Positions 37,461-44,498 of a stretch of DNA of 44,498 nucleotides are shown here, piece after piece; within the stretch, counting starts at the first letter, position 1; each line of letters opens with the position of its first letter. The position numbers and the translations under genes were made by a program. The notes under the pieces were generated by a model. It was not told where the DNA came from and ran no database searches. It saw only the letters and a program-made list of their open reading frames with translations. Source of the stretch: Chiloscyllium plagiosum (Eukaryota); contig NC_057754.1 in the NCBI RefSeq assembly GCF_004010195.1, forward strand, positions 11,122,707 through 11,167,204, in the 5' to 3' direction.

Positions 37461-37536
37461 GCCCAAGGATGCAATTGGTGAGCGCGCAGTCCTTCTATGA
37501 CAGGATAGAGGCGTGTGAAATGCTGAGGTTTGGAGT
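37461..37536 (+). pseudogene. tRNA-Ile(TAT)-type pseudogene with TCT anticodon and 22-nt intron, 3' end lost
   Basis: GCCCAAGGATGCAATTGGTGAGCGCGCAGTCCTTCTA[TGACAGGATAGAGGCGTGTGAA]ATGCTGAGGTTTGGAG; upstream actctgtg shared with the 28057 copy. Confidence 0.8.
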
Positions 37537-37791
37537 GCTCCTGGTCAAAGGCGGGGAGAAAGGGAATATTTGTCTCCGTTTATAATATTATTACTGATCA
37601 ACAACAGGTTGACATTTAAATTCCATGAATAAAACATGGAATACAAGCCTGACTTCAGGAATAGAGATCATGACTTAAATTTCTTGAAATCACATTCATT
37701 CATGTCCCTTCAGGAATGGGATCTGCCATCTTTACCTGGTCCTGCCTACTGTGACTCCAGAACCATAACAACCTGGCTGACCCTTAAACTG

Positions 37792-38017
37792 AGAATCCCC
37801 ACAGTGTAGAGAAGCAGGCCATCCGACCCATGAAGAACACACCGACCCTCTTAAGAGCATTCCACCCAGATCCACATCCTTACTCTCTATTTCCCATGGC
37901 CGATCCACGTAAACTCCACATCTTTGGACTTAGGGAGGAAACCCATGTGCATACTCCCACAGACAGTTGCCCGAGGCTGGGATCAAATCCGGGTCTCTGG
38001 CGCAGAGAGGCAGCAGT
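37792..38017 (-). mobile_element. Degenerate HE1-like SINE nested in a Deu-type SINE (37690-38080)
   Basis: Reverse complement cactgctgcctctctgcgccagagacccggatttgatccc; the flanks continue the Deu-like sequence. Confidence 0.7.
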
Positions 38018-38149
38018 GAATCAGGGATGAACAATAAATGCTGTCCTGACCAGCGATACCCACACCATGTGAGAGAATGAGGAAGAATAAAATTACATTC
38101 ACAACAGGGAAAAATGGGACTCATGTCTGTGTGAACATGAAATGTTTAC

Positions 38150-38410
38150 CAGACAGCCTGGATAGGTACAAGGACACCTACACCACAGAAAAAAAACAGG
38201 GACTGTGAAAAGGGATTCAATTGCCCACTAAGATGGAAATACATTTACTAAGTCACACTGGGGAGATGTCATTAGTGAGAAGGAATCACTCAGAAAAACA
38301 ACCTCGGGAGACAGCAGCAAGTTAACATTTGACACGAGGGGGTCGATTCTGCTGTTATTGCTGCTGTTGATCCCAACCAGAAATAAACTATGTCGGGATG
38401 CTTCTTTCAT
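38150..38410 (+). pseudogene. Degenerate C2H2 zinc-finger remnant (right arm)
   Basis: agtcacactggggagatg (SHTGE) and tail gattctgctgttattgctgctgttgatcc, homologous to the reverse complement of 20760-20905. Confidence 0.6.
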
Positions 38411-38414
38411 GGGG

Positions 38415-39935
38415 TCATAGTCATAAAGTGGTACAATATGAAGACAGACTCTTCAGTCCAACCAGTCCATGCTGAACATAATCCCAAACAAAACTAGTCT
38501 GATCCGACTGCTCCTGGTACTTGCTGGGGTGTTAATCCAAAAGCCTAAGTAATATTCTGGGGACAGGGGTTCAAATCCTGACAAGGCAGTTGGTGGAATT
38601 TGAATTCAATAAATATCTTGAATTAAAGAGTCTAAATATGGCCATTAATCTATTGTTGTGGAAGGAATGATATGCTTCACTAACGCCTGTCAGGAGAGGA
38701 AACTGCTGTACTTACCTGGTCTGGCCTTCATGTGACTCCAGACCCATAGCAACGTGGTTGACTCTGAACTGCCCTCTGGACAATAAATGTTGGCCTAAGC
38801 ATGAGTGATTTTTAAAAAAATCCCTCTGAACCTTTCCTATTTATGCATCTATCCAAATGTCTTTTAAATGTTGTAATTATATCCGCATCCACCACTTAGA
38901 GTCATAGAGATGTACAGCATGGAAACAGATCCTTTGGTCCAACTTGTCCACGCCAACCAGATATCCCAACCCAATCTAGTCCCACCTGCCAGCAGCCGGC
39001 CCATATCCCTCTAAACCCTTCCTATTCATATACCCATCCAAATGCCTCTTACTTCATCAGGAAATTAATTCCACATGTAAACCATCTTGTGTAAAAAAAA
39101 AGCCTCTTATGGCTTTTTAAAATCTCTCTCATTCCATCTTAAAAATTTGCCAACTTGTCTTGAAATCCTTCTCCTGGAGAAAAGACAACTACCTATTTAT
39201 CTAAACCCTCGTTGTTTTATAAACTTCTGTAAGGTCACCTCTCAACCTCCTGCGCTCGAGTGAAAAAAGTCCCAGCCCATCCAGCCCTTCCTTATAACTC
39301 AAAACTTCCATATCCGGCAACATGCTGATATACTTATCTGATCCTGCTTCAGCTTAATAATATCCTTCCTAGAAAACAAGAACCGACACAATATTCCAGA
39401 AGAGGCCTCATCAATGTTCTGTACAACCTCAACATAACTTACCAACTCCACTCAAATGTCTGAGCAATGAAGGCAAGCATGCCAAATGACTTTTTAACCA
39501 TCTTGTCAATATGCTACACAAACTGCAAAGAATTATGTAACTGCACCACTAGGTCCTCTGATCTATACACAAACCAAGTCTCTACCATGTATTATATAAG
39601 AATTGATCAAGAGAATCCTGATGGAGGGTTCATGTCTGAAACGTCGATTCTCCTGCTCCTCAGATGCTGCCTGACCCGCTATGCTTTTCCAGCACTACAG
39701 TCTGGACACTGACCTCCAGCATCTGCAGTCCTCACCTTTTCCCATTAATTGAATAAGCCCTACTCTTGTTTGTTGGACAAAAATGCAACACTGCACATTT
39801 ATTCAGATTGAACTCCATCTGCCATTTTTCAGCCCATTGACCCATTTGATTGAGATCCTTTTTGGAATCTTTGAGAACTTTCTTTACTGACAACAGTTTT
39901 GGTGATGTCTGCAAACTTACTAACCATGCCGTCTA
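38415..39935 (-). mobile_element. CR1 LINE 3' part with nested Deu-type SINE (38520-38800), CR1 tail (38897-39050) and PLE fragment (39615-39742)
   Basis: QWAEKWQMEFNLNKCAVLHF (ORF 39732-39914) and CR1 3'UTR. Confidence 0.8.
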
Positions 39936-40009
39936 TGAGTTCCATTGCTTTCTGATATAGATCAATGATTTATACTTAGTCGTAGTGGCCATGATTTAGA
40001 ATTTTGCAG

Positions 40010-40700
40010 ATGATGCAACAATTGGTCATGTAGTTAACCATGAGCAAGAACACTGTGGACTGCATGAGATATCAAACAATTGGGAAGGAAAATTGTGAAA
40101 TGAATTCAACCCAGAGAATTAGGTGGTAATGAATTTGGAGAGGATAAATAATAAACGAGAGAATACTGAGGAGTTTAGAGTGTATCAGAGAGTCTAGAGT
40201 GGACATTGACAAATCTTTAAAGGTGATTGGACAGGGAGATCAAGTATCCAGATTAGAGTGGTGCTGGAAACGCACAGCAGATCAGGCAGCATCCGAGGAG
40301 CAGGAAAATCGACTTTTCGGGCAAAAGCCCTTCATCAGGAATCGAGGCAGGGAGCCTTCAGGGTGAAGAGGTAAATGGGCCCATTTTGCCTGAAAAGTCG
40401 ATTTTCCTGCTCTTCAGATGCTGCCTGACCTGCAGTGTTTTTCCAGCAGCACTCTAATCTGGATACTTGATCTCCCTGTCCAATCACCTTTAAAGATTTA
40501 TCAATGTCCACTCTAGACTCTCTGATTCACTCTAAACTCCTCAGTATTATCTCGTTTATTATTTATCCTCTCAAAATTCATTATCACCTAATTCTCTGGG
40601 TTGAATTAATTTCACAATTTTCCTTCCCAATTGTTTGATATCTCATGCAGTCCACAGTGTTCTTGCTCATGGTTAACTACATGACCAATTGTTGCATCAT
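40010..40700. repeat. Long inverted repeat, 317-bp arms (40010-40326 and 40384-40700), 57-nt spacer
   Basis: atgatgcaacaattgg..gcaaaa vs ttttgcc..ccaattgttgcatcat, with few mismatches. Confidence 0.95.
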
Positions 40701-41115
40701 TGGTGGAGGTTTCCAGCATCTGCAGTCCTCACTTTTGCCCAGAGGGATCAAGTGGTCCAGAGGGTTTGGCGATACTCTCTGTTCTTGATCACAGGCTGGA
40801 ATATAAGAGCAGGGAGACGATGTTAGAATTTTAGCAACTGCCGGTTTAGAGAACAGTTAGAGGACTGTTTAACAGTTCTAGGAATTTTTAATCAACATTT
40901 AAAAAGAATGGTAAGATAGAAGATGGAGGGCAGAACTAGGCCATTTGGCCCATCAAGTCTGGTTCACCACTCAAGCGAGCGAATTTCCCCATTTCCCCTC
41001 CCTCCTTATCCCAGACCCAACCTTCCAACTTGGCACTGCCCTCTGAACTGTCCTACCTACCCATCTTCCTTCCCACTTATCCACTCCACCCTACTGTCTG
41101 ACCTATCACCTTCAC

Positions 41116-41337
41116 AGAGAAAGTGAGGTCTGCAGATGCTGGAGATCAGAGCTGAAAATGTGTTGGTGGAAAAGCGCAGCAAGTCAGGCAGCATCCAGGG
41201 ATCAGGAGAATCGATGTTTCGGGCATAAGCCCTTCTTCAGGAATCTTCCTGAAGAAGGGCTTATGCCCGAAACGTCGATTCTCCTGTTCCCTGGATGCTG
41301 CCTGACCTGCTGTGCTTTTCCAGCAACACATTTTCAG
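41116..41337. mobile_element. Palindromic PLE terminal-repeat insertion with 13-bp TSD, nested in another PLE end (41010-41635)
   Basis: Arms 41150-41243 and 41246-41339 with a 2-nt spacer; TSD ctatcaccttcac at 41103-41115 and 41338-41350. Confidence 0.9.
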
Positions 41338-41699
41338 CTATCACCTTCACCCCAACCTTGATCTATCAATCGCACCCCGAGCTGCTTTCCCCCCAGCCCC
41401 CTCCCATTTACCTGTCAGCTCCTTTGAGCCACCTCCTCATTGCTGATGAACAGCTTATGCTCGAAACCGCGATTCTCCTGCTCCTCCGATGCTGCCTGAC
41501 CGGTTGTGCTTTACTGCTCCTCGGATGCTGCCTGAACTGCTGTGCTTTTCCAGCACCACTGATCCAGAATGTGCTTTTACAGCACCACCCTCTTCGACTC
41601 TGATCTCCAGCATCTGCACTCCTCGCTTTCTCCTGAAAGAAATGTTCGTCTATCACACCCAAAGGCGGTGAGTGAAGGTGAAACGTGAGGTCAGAGTGT

Positions 41700-41845
41700 C
41701 ACTGTAATCTTTTCCTATAAATTCTGTGTCTTATGATCCTGCTCCACAGCTACCTGATGAAGGAGCAGCGCTCCGAAAACTACAGCTTTCAAATAAATCT
41801 GTTGGACTACAGGCTATAACATGGTGTTGTGATTTTTAACTTTGC
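41700..41845 (+). mobile_element. Third PLE-type terminal repeat with hammerhead motif
   Basis: CTGATGA-a-GGAGC-agc-GCTCC-GAAA; relatives at ~35376-35460 (+) and ~24712-24792 (-). Confidence 0.65.
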
Positions 41846-41869
41846 CCTCTATCTAAAGCGATGTTCTGG

Positions 41870-42200
41870 CTCCAGCGAGCCTCCTATTAGCCCGGCCCAT
41901 CACTTTCACCCTGAGTGGGTGGAGCTGGAACCCGCACCCCGTTTTCCGATTGGCCAGGGCGTCCGGCTCGCGCCCTCCCCACCCCCCTCACTCCCCGTGA
42001 ACGCTTGGAGGACCAGCAGCTCCAGCTCGATCCTCCAGCCCCGCCCTGCACGATGTCACCAAGTGGGCGGGCACGGTTTCCGGAGCATGCGCAGAGTTCA
42101 TTGTAATTGTGAGCATGCGCGTGTCGCGAGTGAGAGAGAGAGGGGGGGGGCCCCGAAGGAAATGTTCGTTTGCTCCGTCCAAAGGCGGTGAGTGAAGGTT
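41870..42200 (+). promoter_or_regulatory. CpG-island-like promoter/first exon with GTGAGT donor
   Basis: High CpG density, ATTGG, CCCGCCC, two GCATGCGC NRF1-like sites, TTCCGG ETS-like site, GCG|GTGAGT at 42188-42193. Confidence 0.6.
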
Positions 42201-42379
42201 AAAAGGGAGGGAAGCGTACAGCGTATTCCGATGAGAAGGTTTCATGACTGATCGGTTTACGTTTGAAGCTCCAAACATGTGCTTTCCCGGGCCGCGATTT
42301 AAGCTGCAGAGAGCCTCCGGCTTCTTCCCAGAAGCAGGCCCCATTCAATGGCCACTATTCTTGGTTCAGTTTTGTTTGA

Positions 42380-42990
42380 GAACATAGACACAGCGCGGCA
42401 CGGGCTCTTCGGCCCTTGATGTTATTGCCACTTCTCTTATCCCACTCTGAGATCAGACAAACCTAATTAACCGTCATTGTGCTATCATACATGTGCCTAT
42501 CCAAGAGTCGCTTAAATGTCCGTAATGTATCTGGTAGTACATTCCATGCACCCACCCCTCGTTGTGAAAAGGATCTCTGACAATCTCCCCTTTCCTCCTT
42601 AAAATGATGCCCCCATCATGACAGACATGTCTGCTACGGGGAAAAGACTCTTAACTATCCACTTTGTCAATGCCTCTTGTATACCTCTTTCAAGTCGCCT
42701 CTCATTCTTTTTTGCTCCAATGAGAAAAAAATCCTAGCTCCCTCAACCTTTCTTCTTAAGACAGGCCCTCCAGTCCAGGCAGCATCCTGATGAATTTTCT
42801 CTGCAACCCCTCTGAAAGCTTTTGCGTCTTTCATATAATGAGGTGACCAGAATTGAACACAATATTACTAGTGTAGCCTCACCAGGATTCTGTAGAGCTG
42901 TGGAATATCCACATGGCTCGTAAACTCGATCCCTCTGCTAATGAAAGCCAACACACCATATGTCTTAACAACCCTATCAACTTGGGTGGC
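42380..42990 (-). mobile_element. CR1 LINE 3' fragment
   Basis: VDRVVKTYGVLAFISRGIEF..QLYRILVRLH (ORF 42868-43155) and 3'UTR. Confidence 0.85.
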
Positions 42991-43420
42991 AACGTTGAGG
43001 GGTCTATTGTGTTCCAGTCTCATCTGCAGGAATGCATCATAAGATCTCTGAACATGTTGATTAAAAATTTTTACCCAGAGGAGCTCCTGCAGAGATGGCC
43101 TAGAGCTGAGATGACTGACCTCCAACAGCCATAACTGTCTTCTGAAATGCATCATCCTCCATACCCAGAGGTTTGTAAGAGTGAGAACAGATCTGATTAA
43201 AATATATCAATTCTCAAAGAGCTTCACATGATGAAAAAGGGCACACTGAATGCCAACTTGAAGAGTTATCATTAACCAAAACAGTGTTTCTCTGTCTTGT
43301 TTGTTAATTTATTGTTTCACTGTTTATCTGTCTTTGATGTGAATGGGCTAAATCATTGCTGTGTTCAGTAGGGAGTATGGGCAGTATGCTGTTGGGAAAT
43401 GCTTGTATATGTGTTAGTGA

Positions 43421-43547
43421 GGAGAAAGTGAGGTCTGGAGATGCTGGAGATCAGAGCTGAAAATGTGTTGCTGGAGAAGCGCAGCAGGTCAGGCAGCATC
43501 CAGGGAACAGGAGAATCGACGTTTCGGGCATAAGCCCTTCTTCAGGA
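43421..43547 (-). mobile_element. 127-bp hammerhead-bearing PLE mini-insertion with 12-bp TSD
   Basis: TSD atgtgttagtga at 43409-43420 and 43548-43559; begins tcCTGAAGAagggcttatgcccGAAACGTC. Confidence 0.9.
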
Positions 43548-44256
43548 ATGTGTTAGTGACCAAAATTGATGAGTAAGTGTCCCTGTGCACATCTTTGTCA
43601 CTGCCACTGTGAAAGAGGCTGAGAGAATGGAGCAGTGTGTGGAGGGAGAGACCTGAGCAGGATGGGTGTGTTTGGAAATTGTGGTCATTCGTTGCCCACC
43701 TCACCCCACAAAACTTGGCACGTTGTTTCTCTCACTGCCCCCCAGTATCAGCACACTTCCAAGGATGTTTTCTTATTTCCTGTGTACTATGTTGCTTTTC
43801 TCAGAATATTCAACAATTGAGAATTGAATCAAAAGCGAGACAGAGCCTCCAGTGCAGAAGCTTTCAAAATCACACTGCATCTCCTCGAACTGCTGCGGTC
43901 AGTGTGGTGAAGCTGCTCTGAGACTGCTGTTCGGTAAGGAGTTACACAATTTTAATTCAATAGTGATAATATAGTGCTAATATCAGTGTTAGTTACAAAA
44001 ATTTTGTTTTTATATCCCACCTTTAACAAAATAAGAGAGAAAATAAGTATAGGAGTAGAGTGTTGCGGTGTTCGACCCTGCTCCACTATTCAGTATGATC
44101 ATGACGATCTTGCCACTCAGGAGCCTGCTACCACTTTAGAGCCAAACCTTTTTATCCATTTAGCCCATAGAACTATATCTGTCTTCTGGGAAACGTTCCA
44201 CATTATGGCCTTAATTGCTTTCTGTGGCAGCAAATACTGCAGGGTCACGAGTCTTT

Positions 44257-44498
44257 GATTAGATTAGATTACATTACAGTGTGGAAACAGGCCCTTCGGC
44301 CCAACAAGTCCACACTGACCCGCCGAAGCGCAACCCACCCATACCCCTACATTTACCCCTTACCTAACACTAAGGGCAATTTAGCATGGCCAATTCACCT
44401 GACCTGCACATCTTTGGACTGTGGGAGGAAACCGGAGCACCCGGAGGAAACCCACGCAGACACGGGGAGAACGTGCAAACTCCACACAGTCAGTCGCC
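44257..44498 (-). mobile_element. HE1-like SINE (runs off the window end)
   Basis: Nearly identical to 31560-31805; (taatc)n tail. Confidence 0.92.

Noticed and set aside
37486..37525. Apparent compensatory A-T pair in the anticodon stem (CAGTC/TGCTG)
   Set aside because: Both changes are CpG transitions, equally explained by neutral methylation decay.
1..44498. CRISPR arrays or prokaryotic systems
   Set aside because: No regularly spaced repeat-spacer array; the content is vertebrate retroelement DNA.

Overview
Vertebrate genomic DNA, most likely a cartilaginous fish. This is inferred from HE1-like tRNA-SINEs with (taatc)n tails, shark-type CR1 3' ends and Penelope-like elements (PLEs). 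The window is dominated by retroelements: CR1 LINEs (one near full length, with a zinc-finger/SGNH-esterase ORF1 and an APE-RT ORF2), two PLE types, a Tx1-clade LINE, SINEs and L2-like fragments. I found no intact host protein-coding gene. Three things are not explained by the ORF track. (1) A decayed tRNA gene cluster, Ile(intron)-iMet-Asp-His-Ile plus a C2H2 zinc-finger remnant, occurs twice as a large inverted duplication (~20750-28090 vs ~34400-38410). This gives 11 tRNA-derived copies including one extra duplicate, and two Ile-type copies read TCT instead of TAT at the anticodon. (2) More than a dozen minimal hammerhead-ribozyme motifs (CTGAnGA-stem II-GAAACGTC) lie in PLE termini and in tiny TSD-flanked insertions, many forming palindromes. 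(3) Two homologous CpG-rich promoter/first-exon modules lie 33 kb apart in opposite orientation. There are three assembly gaps, and an apparently identical local duplication may be a misassembly. All alignments were made by eye against remembered consensus sequences.
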